From assembly GCF_009914755.1 (NCBI RefSeq), contig NC_060927.1: 64,000 bases of DNA. The stretch is one strand, 5' to 3'. Source of the stretch: the human T2T-CHM13v2.0 reference genome, Homo sapiens. Shown here piece by piece: positions 27,029-42,569 of this stretch. A model generated the notes under the pieces. The model was not told where the DNA came from and did not search any database. It was given only the letters and a program-made list of their open reading frames with translations. A program made the position numbers and the translations under genes. Positions within the stretch are counted from its first letter, which is position 1. Each line of letters begins with the position of its first letter.

Positions 27029-27181
27029 TTTTTAGAGATAGGCTCTCACTCTGTTGCCCAGGCTGGAGCCCAGCAGTGCAGTTATAGCTCACTGCAGCCT
27101 CAAACTCCAGGGCTCAAATGATCCTTCCACCTCAGCCTTCCACAGTGCTAGGATTACAGGCATGAGCCACCATTCCCAGAC
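27029..27181 (-). mobile_element. Monomeric Alu-type element (FRAM/FAM-like or internally deleted AluJ)
   Basis: ctcactctgttgcccaggctgg...atagctcactgcagcctcaaactcc...gattacaggcatgagccacc, ~150 bp. Confidence 0.85.
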
Positions 27182-27832
27182 TGAATTTATCCATTTTAGA
27201 TAAAATGCAGAGTGGCAAAGCTGGCATTGGGGACAGGTTGAATGGTGGTGCAGTCTTTAGAACCTGAAAAAAGGGGCTGATTGTGTGTGTGCGTGTGTGT
27301 GTGTGTGTAGTGGACATTGGTAGTCTGTGCTTGTAGTAAATGATAGTTCTCCTAATGAAATTGATGTGTTGCGATGAGACTCTGAAGAACATGGCAAAAA
27401 TCCTTTAGCCTATTTTTTATCATTTTAAGAATGGAAGGAAAGTTTTACTGTAGGATAGCCTTAGTGACATCTGGTGATTTTGTAACCTGAAGTCAATTTA
27501 TCAAGTCAAGTAGATTTTCCTGGGTAGGAAATATTATTTTCTTTTTCATTCACTTGTTGAACAGAGTCTTCGAGTTATTTGGAATTTCTACTAAGTTTTG
27601 TGGTTTTTTTAAATAGCAATTTTAAACTCTATAGCTTCCCATAGATTGTTCCATAATGCTAAAATTTATAACTTAATCCACTCAATATATAACATTTGGC
27701 CATAAGAAAATGATATGTAAGTTATGATACTTAGTGAAAGTTTTTGGAATAAATAGTTCTGGGCACATCTGTCCTCTCTACAAAGTAAGAGAAAACTTGT
27801 TTTTCTTCTAACTTGAACATATGCTGTGTTTT

Positions 27833-28408
<576 letters not shown>

Positions 28409-28707
28409 TTAAATGCAAAACCTTGTTATTTTAAATATCAAATGAAATCTTATTTGCTTTTATCTTCTCTTATGCATTCCAATTAAATTTTGTAATATAT
28501 TGGCTCTTTCCCCTTATTCATGGGAAGTTAGTAAGACAAAAAAATAAGACATATAGATGTTTCATTTAAAATTTTGTCACATCTAAATAAAGTCTAGCAA
28601 AATTGTTGTATCTAACACCCCGTAAGAATGGTATATTCTCTCACAATCTTCTCTCATGTAATTTGAGAGATTTGTATTTTTGCTCTAAAGACATGCATAA
28701 CCTCTGA

Positions 28708-28975
<268 letters not shown>

Positions 28976-29870
28976 GAGCATTTTTTTTCTTTATTTTTGT
29001 TATACAACAGCATATGTGAATAACTATAAGAAGCCATTAAAAGTCTTCTCATTGGGGAATAGAGAGTTTCTTTAAATCACTTTTACAATAACATTTATTG
29101 CCCTGTTTCTTTCAGGTGTGTGATTTCCAATTTACTCATGTAAGTTCTCGGATGAGCTGCCTAGAGGCCTATAACCCCGTTCCTATCTACAGCACTGCCC
29201 AAATAGTTATTGGTCTTACAGCATGACAAAGCATTTTAAACAAACCTCCTCTGTTCATCCAGACTCTTTGTATGAAAGAGCTCTGAAACCGATCCAGGCA
29301 CAGATGGCCAGGTTTTACCAGTGTTCCCAGCCTGTGTAACATCCCCCCCGCCACCATTTTCCACAGTGAGATAGATGGAGTGGAAAACAGTATTAATCTT
29401 CAAAAGCAGAATTATTGCATTATTGGTCCCCAAGAACCAATCCTTTTAAAACAATTTGCCATCACAGACTGGGTGCCATTTTACAGAAACATGACCTAGA
29501 ACAGAAGAAATCTATATTCTAATGATTCAGCTGATTGAGTCCACAAAAGGCATTGCCTTGGTCAATCAATTTGCTTGTGTTTTAGAGATACCAGCAAACC
29601 CTACTGTGCCTAAAAACAAACACAAAGACACCAGGAGAAAACTAGCATTAAGATCCTTTTCTTTTTTAGCTAGTTGTCATTCACTGCCTAAATCATTTCC
29701 CAGTTTTTTTTTTTATCTAAAGCAGTTTACTTTTATTAAATTTTTCAATACAAATAACAACTGGGTTAAAAATTATTAAATCAACTCTATGGGCTGTTTT
29801 TAAATGCCCTGTTTCTGATGATGAAAGCTAGGCTCAGCAGCCTTGAACCTTGATTTAGTCAGTTCAGGCT

Positions 29871-30556
<686 letters not shown>

Positions 30557-32019
30557 GAACACAGATTTTTGGTAAACTAACTCAAAAAACCCTTCTAGGC
30601 CAAAATAGTTATATCTAACATCTTTTTAACGAGAGGTTTCAGCCTCTGCAGGTTAGAAAGCAAGACAGAGTTATCAAAGAAGTATCCGTCATTCCGTTTT
30701 TGTTTTGTGTTGCTTAGGGTTATCACATTATTGTGTTTATTTCCAAATTTATTCTACAAATGTATTGAGTGGCGTATATTTAGGAAATACTTTTTCTAGA
30801 ATTGTAAGTGGTTTCTCCAAAAAGACAGAATGCTAAGTCACGTGGTATTTCCCACCACGGGCATGTGCTACCTTCTCTTTTGAATATAAATAAATCATGT
30901 ACGCAGAAGAGATGTTGACAGGGTTTTATTAAGCATGCCTTTTCTTTTTTCAATCTGTGGCCTTTTGGAACATTGTAATGAGGTTGTTTCACCACAGTTC
31001 CAACTTGTCGTTGTCAGTCCAAAGCCTACATTTTTTAATAGGGTAAATGAGTGTCCAGGGATGCTGAAGATGAGGCAGCACTAGGGGTTATGTAGATATG
31101 GACTGAGCAAAGTCTTGGGGCATCTTATGCACCTTATGCAGTCTTGCCAGAAGATTAGTGGGCTTGCTATTTTATAGGTCAACTACTAAAGGAACTCTCA
31201 TTAGTGAGACTGTTACAAGGATATTTTGAATTAGAAGCTTGATACTCCATTACTTGTGGGTTGAAACTGATGCTCTGCTGAGATCTTGGGAGGTGAGGTA
31301 CATCACCATGTCCTGGGTTGAGGTAGAAGATACTCAAGACCCTGCAACCCTGACTTGGAACATTGTAAGAGGAGATGGGAAAAGAATTTCTAGGGTGAGA
31401 ATTCTTCCTGTGGGAAGGAATATATCTGGAATAAAGAGGCTTGAAGATGTTATCTACGCCGGGTAGTGGGTAACATTTTCCCTTGCATGTTGCGATTCCT
31501 TTCTGAAAAGTGCCTGAACATGCCTGCACTGCCTGTTGAGCTAGTCTTGGGTCACCACAGAGTGGCAAAGGGAAAGGGAGCCTTTTCTATTCCAACTCCT
31601 CCCAGCCTCCAGGGCAGAGACAACTTCAGTCTCTCAGGGGGTTGTGCCGGCGGATGGGGATAGTAACAAAAGACAGAAAGAGTTCTCCCCAAAGCCAAAG
31701 CAGGCAGTGTCAGACCCTCCCATGGTGCTGGAGGAGTAGCCTCAACGGACTCTGCCAGATGACACTAACACAGACTTTCTGGCAGTCCTGGTAAAATATA
31801 GAGGGGGAGAAGGTGGTACAAACTCCTGAGTTGCTTCAGTAAGGGAGGAAGAGCAAAGAGGCCATGCAGAAGAGAAGCTATGAGCATGCACAACCATAGT
31901 TTTCCTAGAAATTTTAGATATATCGAAATTTCGTCTGCTACTCATGATCAATATCTGTTAATATTTTCTAAATGGAAACAAATGATTCTTTAAAGGAAAT
32001 GGTGTCAAGTGCATTTTGA

Positions 32020-32450
32020 CTTGAATGTAACATCAGTCTCTTCTCACACACCAGGCTGCAGTCATGTAGGCTTTCTGTCAATTCCTAGAACTTTCCTGAC
32101 CTGAAGTCTTGCTCAGGCCATTTGCTCTGCTGGGAACACTCCTACTTCAGCTTTTTGCAGAACTGGTTCCTTTTTACCCATTATGAGGATTCTAATGTTG
32201 TAACTTCAGAGAGTGAATCTTGACCTGTTTATCTGCTTAAACCTTTGCCTCTGTTGAAGTCCCTGTTTATCTCCTTTCCAGAATATCTCAAAACCTGTAA
32301 TTATTTCATTTATGTATTCCTTTTCTTGCTTCCTGTTGGCTTATCCCACTGAAATATAATTTTCATGAGGGCAAGGATTTTGTCTATCTTAGTTACCTTT
32401 TGTCTTAGTACCTGGCACAGTGTTTGGCAATTGGAAAGTGCTAAATTTTT
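32020..32450 (+). mobile_element. L2 3' fragment
   Basis: ttcatgagggcaaggattttgtc...tagtacctggcacagtgtttggca. Confidence 0.6.
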
Positions 32451-32957
32451 TTTTTTGGTAACTGATGATCAAATATAAATGTGATATATTTATATATTTG
32501 CCTTATAAACGTTAGCAGCAAATTCTCAAAAAGGTTCTGAAACCTTTGTCTCAGTGGTTTCAAGAAACCAAACCCTTAATACAAAATTGTTAGAGAGATT
32601 CTAAAGTCATTCTGACAGGTTGTAGTTCCTTTCTGAATGAGTTAATAAACAAAAGAAATCTCATTTATGTTCAAACGTTTTAAAAATTGCTCTTCCTTCT
32701 TAATTATTTGCTAATAATTTTTTTAAAGTTGGTGCACTGTGTGGTAATTGCACTGAAAGAGAAGGTAGTCTGTTTTCATGTCTGCTACCCCAGTGATTAT
32801 TATTAGTATTGATCTCTTGGTTTGGCTGCATGGGAGGGGAACCACACATTTAGCACCACAGCAAGTTTTGCAGGTGGAAAAAAGCCTTTCTTTGGCTACA
32901 GGTACTGGTTTCCTGATACTTTCCCTACTTCTGGTTCAAAAATTTAGTGGACGACTT

Positions 32958-33415
32958 TGTTGGGAAACAATTCTTCATGGGTTTCTTGTGTTTCTGCATG
33001 TTTTGTATCAGTTTTTGTTCCCAATTATTTTTCCAAGGATGTTTGTATGGTAAATAGTTTTGGAAGATGCGATAGTGTCTATCTCTGACAAGGACAGATT
33101 TGTTTGCTGTCTGGAATAAAAGGATATTGTCTTGTTCTGGAACAAAGGTTGGGCAAGTTTGCTAGCAGCCTTTTTGTAAGATTGAGGGCTTCCTAAGATC
33201 AGGGGTCATCAGTTGGGATACAAAAGCATAGTGGAGTAGCATCTGTGCTGGCCACTGGACATATCCCTGTAGAACTTGTGTGCATTCAGAGATGGGAAAG
33301 GGAACTGAGGTGAACACGAGGCTCATGCTATCTGCTGTGCCTTGAGTAATAAAGTCCTTCTTCTCTGACTCCTGAGTTTTTTTTTTTTTTTTTGCCAGCA
33401 TCCATAAAACTATGT
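32958..33415 (+). mobile_element. LTR40a-like ERVL solo LTR
   Basis: tgttgggaaacaattcttcatgggt...caaggatgtttgtat...gagtaataaagtcctt...gccagcatccat. Confidence 0.8.
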
Positions 33416-34879
33416 CTTAGATGCTTTTCAGCTCTTGAGACTTAATTTCAAGGAAAACCTATGCTGTGATTATTGTTATTTTTTCTATGTGTAGCTTTGT
33501 TTTATTTATTTATTTATTTATTTGCCTGTATCCTTGTTTGGCAGGAGGGCATTTATCCCAAAGATTCCCTTTCCCTCACTTCTAGTGAGTTCTGACAAGC
33601 ACCCAGCTAGTATGATCGATTTTTGGTAAAATAGAGAAAAAGGAGAGTGTCAGAATAATAATCTGGCCACTGTATATAAAAAGAAGCATTTAATATTAAT
33701 TCAAGAAAGGTTTCCTGTGTTGACAATGTTTCCTTCTGCAGCTCTTTAGGGAAGAGATATTTTTATTTATCCACTATCCATTTCTTCACATGTGCCCACA
33801 AAGAGCCCCAAACATCCTACTCCCAAACTGAGAGAAAGACATAATTATAGCAGAGTGAAGTGATCATATGAAACTTCCCACAGATAACACTGATAAAATC
33901 TGAACAAAATATTAAAAAAAAACACCAACTATGTAGAGGAATGGGAAAGTATCCAAAAACAAACAGAAATAAGGTAAGTTTAATCCTGAGAAACTGCAAC
34001 TGAAAGTGGTAAGAATTGCAAGTTTGTGGCCTGTTACCTGATAGTGCTCCCTAATCCCTGCAGGTAGGAGAAAATGTAGCTTTACCAGGCTAAACAGTGT
34101 TCATGGCTTAAAAACCTGTTGGAAATTTAAGAGGGAGACTCTGGCAGAGAATGAACTGTAGAAAGGATGAGACTCAGAAATCTGAGCATACACGCTGCCC
34201 ACACCTCTTCTCATCATTAAAGTCTGTACGCACAGAGACCTCAGGGACCCAGTGAAAAAGCAGACAGAGACCCCAGAGGAACAGACCCTTCAAAGACAGA
34301 GCTGCATTGTGAACACGAGTTTATTTCTATGAGATGCGTCCTGGCTTGAAATGTCAGAGGATAGAGCCTGAGGCTGGAAGAGTAGTAGGAAATTAAAAGT
34401 TTAAAACCCTACTAGGGAAAAAATACACACTACAAATTAAGAAATGGATGAAATGCAGCTTTCTCTTTTATAGAGCATGGTATTAGTCTTGAGGAATTAT
34501 TGGCCTTCTGGGAGTAGTACTTCCAGCTTATATTCCTCTCTGAACCCCTGGATTCCTTTCAGGTGGGGCTATATCCTTTCAAAATTAGCAAAGAACAACT
34601 GAGGAGCAGGTAGACAGCATAGGGTAATCTCATTTTCACCAATTGTGGGTAATATTTTTCCTTAAAATGTGACATTTTGTCTTTAAAGACATTTCTCTTC
34701 TGACTTCTTCCCTAATGTCTCTTCTTCCACTTCCATATTAATATGTGTGACTCTCAAGACTCAGTTCATTTGTCTTCATTACACTTGTTCCTTCGAAGAA
34801 CTCACTCATTCTCATTGCTGTGACTATCAATTTCCTGTGGATGTTTCTCATATCCATAATTTAATTGTTTTTTCTATAA

Positions 34880-35117
34880 GAAGAAAATTGGATCCCTACC
34901 TTATAGTATATAGAAAAATGAACTCCAAATGGATCATAAACCAAAATGGAAGTGCTAAAACTATCAGTCTCTTAAAAGAAAACCTATATGTAAATCTTTG
35001 TGACCTTGGATTAAGCCATGGATTTTTTAGATACCTAAATACAAGCAACTGAAAAACAAATTAGACTTCAGCAAAATGAAAAGCATTGTCTTTAAAAGAT
35101 ACTATTAAGAAAGTGAG
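34880..35117 (+). mobile_element. Old L1M ORF2 fragment, resuming at ~38760-38835; host of L1PA16 and FLAM
   Basis: ggatccctacctta...aactccaaatggatcata...gatactattaagaaagtga, continued by aagatacaacccacaatggg...gggcctagtatctagaatatata. Confidence 0.75.
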
Positions 35118-35966
35118 GATCAATACCAAGAAGAGCTCTCAAAACCACACAATTACCTGGAAATTAAACAACTTGCTCCTGAATGACTTTTGGGTAAATA
35201 ATGAAATTAGTCAGACATTAAAAATTTCTTTGAAATAAATGAAAACAGAGGCACAACATACCAGAATCTCTGGGATGCAGCTAAAGCAGTGTTAAGAGGA
35301 AAGTTTATAGCACCAAATGCTTACATCAAGAAGTTGGAAAGATATCTAATTAGCAATCTAATATTGCATTTAGAGGAACTTGAAAAACAAGAACAAACAA
35401 AACCCAAAGCTAAAGGAAGAAAAGAAATAACTGAAATTAGAGCAGAACTGAATGAAATTGAGACCCCAAATCCATACAAAGGATCAATGAAACAAAAAGC
35501 TGGTTCTTTGAAAGGATAAACAAGATCTATAGACTGCTAACTAGATGAACAAGGAGAAAAGAGAGAAGAACCAAATAAATGCAAACAGAAGTGGCAAATG
35601 TGACTTACAACTAATCCCACAGAAATACAAAAGATCCTCAGAGACTATATGAACACCTATATGCACAAACACTAGAAAATCTAGTGGAAAGAATGGATAC
35701 ATTCCTGGAAACACACAACCTTCCAAGACTGAGTCAGGAAGAAATAAAAACCCTGAACAGACTAATATTGAGTTCTGAAATTGAATCAGTAACAAAAAAC
35801 CTACTAACCAAAAAGAGCCCTGGACCAGATTGATTCACAGCCAAATTATACCAAATGTAAAAAGAAGAGCATATACCAATGCTACTGAATCTATTACAAA
35901 AAATTGAGAAGGGACCCCTCCCTAACTAATTCTATGATGCCAGCATAATTCTGATATCAAAATCTG

Positions 35967-36022
<56 letters not shown>

Positions 36023-38590
36023 GAAAAAAGCAAGAAAACTGCCGGCCAATATCCTTGATGAATATAGATGCAAACATTCTCAACAAAATACTAGCAAACT
36101 GAATCCAGAAGCACATCAAAAAGTTAATTCACCATGATCAAGTAGACTTTATTCCTGGGATGCAGGGACGGTTCAACATACATAAATCAATAAATGTGAT
36201 ACCACATAAACATAATTAAAAACAATAGATGCAGAAAAAGCTTTTGATAAAATCCAACATCCCTTCATGATGAAAACCCTCAAGAAACTAGGCATCAAAG
36301 GAACATACCTTAAAATAATAAGAGTCATCTATGACAAACTCACAGCTAACATTATACTGAATGGGCAATAGCTAGAAGCATTCCCCTTATGAACTGGAAC
36401 AAGACAAAGATGCCCACTCTCACCACCCCTATTCAATATAGTGCTAGAAATCTTAGCCAGAGCAATCAGACAAGAGAAAAAAAGAAAAAGCATCCAAATA
36501 GGAAAAGAAGTTAAATTATCTCTCTTTGTTGATGATATGATTCTATATCTAGAAAACCCTAAAGACTTCACCAAAAGATTCCTAGAGCTGATAAACAACT
36601 TCAGCAAAGTTTTAAGATACAAAATCATTGAACAAAAATCAGTATCATTCCTTACACCAATAATAGTCAAGCCAACAGCCAAATAAATAATGCAATCTCA
36701 TTTACAAAAGCCACACACACAAAATAAAATACCTAAGAATATATCTAACCTAAGAAGTGAAAGATATGTACAAGCAGAACTGCAAAACACAGCTGAAAGA
36801 AATCATAGATGATACAAACAAATGGAAGAACATCCCATGCTCATGGATCAAAAGAGTCAATGTTGTTAAAATGGCTATACTGCCCCAAACAATCTACAGA
36901 TTCAATGCTATCCTATCAAACTACCAAAGTCATTTTTTACAAATTTAGAAAAAACTAAAGTTCAAATTCATATGGAATGAAAGAAGAACCTGAGTAGCCA
37001 AAGTAATCCTAAGCAGAAGCATCACCTTACTTGACTTCAAACTATACTATAAGACTACAGTAACCAAAATAGCATGGAACTGGTGCAAAAACAGACACAT
37101 AGACCAATGGAACAGGATTTATCCAGAAATAAAGTCACACACCTACAGCCATCTAATATTTGACAAAATCAACAAAAATAAGCAAAATCAACAATGTTTT
37201 GTTGACAAAATCAACAAAAACAACACACATGCATGTGCAGGTGTGTGTGGGCGCTCGCCCCCTTTTTCCCTGCGGCTGCTACCCCTTAAAGGTAGTATAA
37301 AAAAAGAAAAAAAGTAAGCAATGGGGAAAGGACTCCCTATTCAATAAATGGTGCTGAAATAGCTGATTAGCCATACACAAAATGAAACTAGACTCTGGTT
37401 TTGCACCATATACAAAAAGTAACTCAAGATAGACCAAAGATTTAAATGTAAGGCCTTAAACTACAAAAGTCCTAGAAGAAAACCTACTAAACACCATTGT
37501 GGACATCAGCCTTGGGAAAAAATTTATGACTAAGTCCTTGTAACAAAAACAAAAATTGACAAGTGGGACCAATTAAACCAAGGAGCTTCTACACAGCAAA
37601 AGAAACTATCAACAGAGTAAACAGAAAACCCACAAAATGGAAGAAAATGTCCACAAACTATGCATCCAACAGAAGTCTAATCTTTATAGATTCTATAGTC
37701 TATAGAATCTATAAAGAACTGAAACAGTCCATCAAGCTAAAACAAATAAACCACTTAAAAATAGGCAAAGGACATGAACAGACACCTCTCAAAAGAAGAC
37801 GTACAAGTGGCCAACAAGTACATGAAAAAATTCTCAACACCACTAATCATTAGATAAATGCAAATCAAAACTGTAATGAGATACCACCTCACACCAGTCA
37901 GAATGGCTATTATTAAAAACGACAGCAACAAAAAAAAAACAGGTGCTGGCAAGGATGGGGAGAAAAGAGAATGCTTATACATTGTTGGTGGAAATGTAAA
38001 ATAGTTCAGCCACTGTGGAAAGCAGTTTGGAGATTTCTCAAAGAACTGAAAACAGAACTACCGTTTGACCCAACAATCCCATTATTGGGTGTATAAATTG
38101 TTCTACCAAAAGGACACATGCACTTGTATGTTCATTGAAGCACTATTCACAATAGCAAATATCAACCTAGATGCTCATCAGTGGTGGACTGGATAAAGAA
38201 AATGTGGTACATATGCATGATGGAATACTATGCAACCATTACATAGAACAAAATCATGTGTTTTGCAGTAACATGGATGCAGCTGCAGACCATTATCCTA
38301 AATGAATTTATCCTATAACAGAGAACCAAACACCGCATGTTCTCACTTATAAGTGGGAGATAAACATTGAGTACACATGAGTACACATGGACTTAAAGAT
38401 GGAAACAGGGCACTACTCAAGGGGGTAGGATGTAGGGGAAGCCAGGATTGAAAAACTACCCTTCAGAGACTATGCTCACTATGTGGGTGATGTGATCATT
38501 TGTACACCAAATCTCAGCAACACACAATTTATCCACATAAACCTCCACATGTACCCGCTGAATCTAAAATAAAAGTTGAAAGAAAAAACA
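35118..38590 (+). mobile_element. 5'-truncated L1PA15/16-like LINE-1 (~3.5 kb, ORF2 with many stops/frameshifts plus 3' UTR)
   Basis: ORF fragments [29 protein letters not shown]...[17 protein letters not shown] (RT), [10 protein letters not shown]; 3' end ...ctgaatctaaaataaaagttgaa. Confidence 0.93.
35971..36018. repeat. (CA)24 microsatellite inside L1
   Basis: Directly visible, uninterrupted. Confidence 0.97.
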
Positions 38591-38607
38591 ACCCACAAGA
38601 AAGATGA

Positions 38608-38745
38608 GGCTGGGTGCTGTGACTGATACCTATAATCCCAGCACTTTGGGAGGCCTAGGTGGCAGGATTGCTTGAGGCCCAGGGGTTTGAGACACCACCC
38701 TGGACAAAATAGCAAGACGCATCTCTAAAAAATAAAAAAAAATTA
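38608..38745 (+). mobile_element. FLAM_C-like left Alu monomer
   Basis: ggctgggtgc...aatcccagcactttgggagg...ggattgcttgaggcccagg...atctctaaaaaa. Confidence 0.9.
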
Positions 38746-39330
38746 ATAAAATTTAAAAATAAGATACAACCCACAATGGGAAAAATATTTGCATATTATA
38801 TATTTGCTAAGGGCCTAGTATCTAGAATATATAATTTTATTTTAACCTCTCTGAAGTTTCAATGAATATTTATAATTGCCAAGTGGATACTGTTTTACTC
38901 TGATCTCTAATGCAATGAATCTTAATTGTTTCTTTTAATGGTACCATTGTTGATCAATTGATTAAGGCTGAAAGTCGTTGTCTAACTTTGATTTCTTTCT
39001 CTCTCCATAGCCAATAATTTACTAAATCTTCTTGCCTATTTATTATATACATTATATATTTTAAAATATTTTTAATAGCTGTTAATTAAGCCACATCCAT
39101 TCCATTTTTACATTTTTACAGTAAATCCAAACTGTTTTTACAGTTTCCCTTACCATTCAGATTCTCATCACATTACTTAGGCAATTAAAGTAATGCCCTA
39201 CTAGGACTCCTTGTGCCCAGCCTACCACTAAACACTAAAATTTGTGTTTTTATTATACCCCTCTGCTTTAAACAAATAAAAAAATAGCAAATAAAAGCCC
39301 CAAGCCTGCAAAAGTCCATCGCCACCTAAA

Positions 39331-39475
39331 GAAGTTGTTCTCAAATACTAGCATGAGTAAGAATCACCTGGAGGGCCATGAAAAATACAGATCCCCAGGC
39401 CCTGCCCCTGATGATCTGATTTATTAGATCTGGGGTAGTGCCCAAGAAACTGCATTGTCAAAAAGCTCCTCTGTA
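39331..39475. mobile_element. MER5A
   Basis: gttctcaaa...agaatcacctggaggg...ctgatttattagatctgggg...aactgcatt. Confidence 0.8.
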
Positions 39476-41552
39476 GCAGGTGGCTCTTGCTGACTTGTAG
39501 GATTAAGTCCATCTTCCTTGAGTGGGTCTTTAGTGCTAGCTCCATCTGACTGCAGCCTTTTCTTAACCTTTCTCCACTATGCAAGCCTTCTGCTTTTTGA
39601 CAGACAGCAATCCATTGTCGCCAAGCACACACTATGCCAGGAGTTTTAAAGCCATGGCCAATGAGTTACCTTCTAGGGGACATATCAGGAGTTTAAAAAC
39701 CAGGTATACAAATACTTAGACTTAAAATGTTTTTTCAAATTTTCTTCCTGTTTTTCAGAAAATGGTATTATGAAAAAATGTTTTATGTTAATATATAAAA
39801 TTACATTATTGTGGTTTGTTTCAGCTCAAATATCTTGTACTGCAACTGTTTACGAGCTAAAAATGGATTGTTATCATGTCATATAATCTAAGATTTATTG
39901 ATTAGAATTAAAGCAAATGTGCTCTGCCATTATGATTATTAATATTTTTGTTTGTTTGTTGATATTGGGTCTAACATAAAATTAGAAAATGTTGAAGAAA
40001 ATAAAATGTGACTATAAATATAGTAGCTTGGAAAACCTAACACTCCTAAACTCTTCAAATTAAATATATACACACTCACCACAAAGATGCACAAACATAC
40101 AAACTTAGATGATTCCTTCCGAATGCCTAGGTTACCTCTATTTTTCTTCCCTTAAGTAAGCACATCTTTCGAATCTAATAAATGCTTGTGATTTCAGGCA
40201 AAGAATTAATAGGAAGGTATCTCAATAGAAGATAAGAAATCAGGACGTAATACTCTTTTTATCTCCCTTTCCCCACCTTTGGATGGCATTTGTAATTTTA
40301 GTTTACTTTAACTTCCCATGCCTGTCTATGCCACAATAATATTTGAAGACAATGAAAAAATGCCAGGCTAACTTTAATGCCCCAATCCAGCCACTGCTAA
40401 CCAGCCGTGGAATTCCTATTAAGTGACCATAGGCCATTTTGAATGTTAGATCTATATAAAACTGCAAAACTGACTTTTATAAAGGAACAATTGGCTCAAG
40501 CTTCTGTGTTCTCTTTCCTTACTGTGATCTGTAGCTAGATGCCAGGCCCATGGATATAGTGCAATGGTGACAAAAAAGGGCTGGCTCAGGATAGCCCAGT
40601 CTACCAATGGTACCATAGCAGACACTTGAGGCTCATAGCAATGGAACTCCTATTGTACCAAATTTCCTATGAGTCAAGTGTACAAAAGTATAACATAAGT
40701 ATCATTCTCCCTAAGATCTAGAAAGGTTTGACTTAGTCTCTATTCCACACTCTGTGGGAAAGTCCAGTGCTGTTCCCAAGATTTTTGTGGACTCTCTAGG
40801 GACACACCCTTGGGGCATCTCTGAGTCTGATTTCTTCTTTCTTGAGTTCTGGTTCTCCATTCTGTGCTTTGTGACTTTTTCTTTACCTCCTCTCTGGCAT
40901 CAATCTGAGTGTGAAATCAGCTCTTTGTTTTCTTTTAAAACCCCACTCAATGTGTATGGATATAAAAGGAAACTCATTATCACAACATTTCAAACAAAGT
41001 AAAAGTGAGTATTAGGCATCCCTGCTCTTAAAATTGTTTTGGCCACTCTCTCCTACTTCTACTACTCTTTCTCTCTTTCTCCTCCATCCAGTCCTTTCAG
41101 TAGAAAATAAAACAATTTCCCCCCAACTCATCCCCCAAACCTTCACCCCTTTCTCTCAATTGTCATTCTCTTCAAACACACATTCTGGCCTACCTTTAGC
41201 ACGGGACTCAGCAGAAACTCAGAAATCACCCCATTATTAGAGGTTCACAAAATTACTTTCTTACGTGTGGGTTATAGGATATTCTTTTACTGCTTCATAT
41301 AAAATTTGTGTCTGTATGTATGGTTTTATTACAAAATTAATAAACTACTCTGATTTGAATGATAAGTCATTGAAATTGCTATACCTGCTTTTGGCAAATG
41401 CAGAAAAAATATTAGGGTTCAGATAGAGTTTGTTGCCCAAATTTCACTTCCGTTCCTCCTTTATTGTAGAGTTCTGGCAGAAGGCAATACACAAAGATTG
41501 GGAGCTAGAAAGAAAACAACATGACTATTTATTAAATGATTATAATTACCAA

Positions 41553-42026
41553 TGTACCCGTTATTGTCTGGGAGTACTCAGGCCTATACATGTCTTGTAC
41601 CACTGGGGCAGAACTCCTGAGAACCACCTTTCCCAGACCCCCTTGACAGCTGGTTTCCAGTTTGGTTCTTCTAATGGGATGGACTCCTGTGTGATGAGAG
41701 GGAGCGGGTAGAAGTCACTTGAAGGCCCTAGACTTCTGGTTCCAGCTGCATTGCTGACATGCACCTGTGAATGCTTGCAAGGTGCCAGTGGCAGGAGTAG
41801 TGGCAGCAGCAGCAGTGCATGTGTGCTCTGTGATGGCTGCCCACTGCTTAGGGCAGACCAGTGTGGCCTCCTGCAGGTCCTGGTCTCTGAGAGACATTAC
41901 TTTCCCCTCTTGTCTTCCTCTAGGCCTTCCAATAGTATAGTAGCTTAATTCTCTGGATTAGGTTCTTTTCTGTTTTAAATAATTAGAGAGCTTTCTATTT
42001 TCCTGATTGAATCCTTGACTAATATC
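41553..42026 (+). mobile_element. LTR33-like ERVL solo LTR
   Basis: accacctttcccagacccc...ggtttccagtttggttc...ggcagcagcagcag...ttcctgattgaatccttgactaata. Confidence 0.65.
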
Positions 42027-42569
42027 CCTCTATAATATGGCTGTTCTGGTAAGCTAAGTTAGAGGACAGGAGAGCTACTAAGGCCCGAGGCTTGAACAGG
42101 CTTTTTCAGAACTAAGATGGCTGGATCTGAAGAGAAGATTTTGAGCAGACTTATCTTCCCAGTCTAGGGAGGAGCTGCTGGAATGCAGAAAACGTTATGA
42201 ACTTGCTCCAAAGAACCAGAGCCACATACACGTGCTAATTAGACTAAAAAACAGAATAGAAGAGAAACACCAGAACATGGCTGCTAGCCTTTTAAGAAAA
42301 AGCAGCCTCAGCGGCTCATAAAATGCAGGCCAATGACCTATCCATTGATAATCTTCTTCTTCTAGGAAGAAGAGTAAGGGGGAATGTGTGGAAGTACCCA
42401 ACATGGATGGGGAGAGCTGGAAACGTCTGCCTGCTCTGAGCTGTGTTGGAAACCTGAGGAGGTGGGAGAAGCTGTTTCTGCTTATAACAGAAAACTGAAC
42501 TCATTCTATCAGCCTAGCAGGAATGAGAAGAGGCTTATATTTTGTAATTGAGATACTCACATGGTTAAA

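Noticed and set aside
35289-37853. ORFs with reverse transcriptase-like motifs
   Set aside because: Fragments of degenerate L1 ORF2; not a novel RT system and not intact
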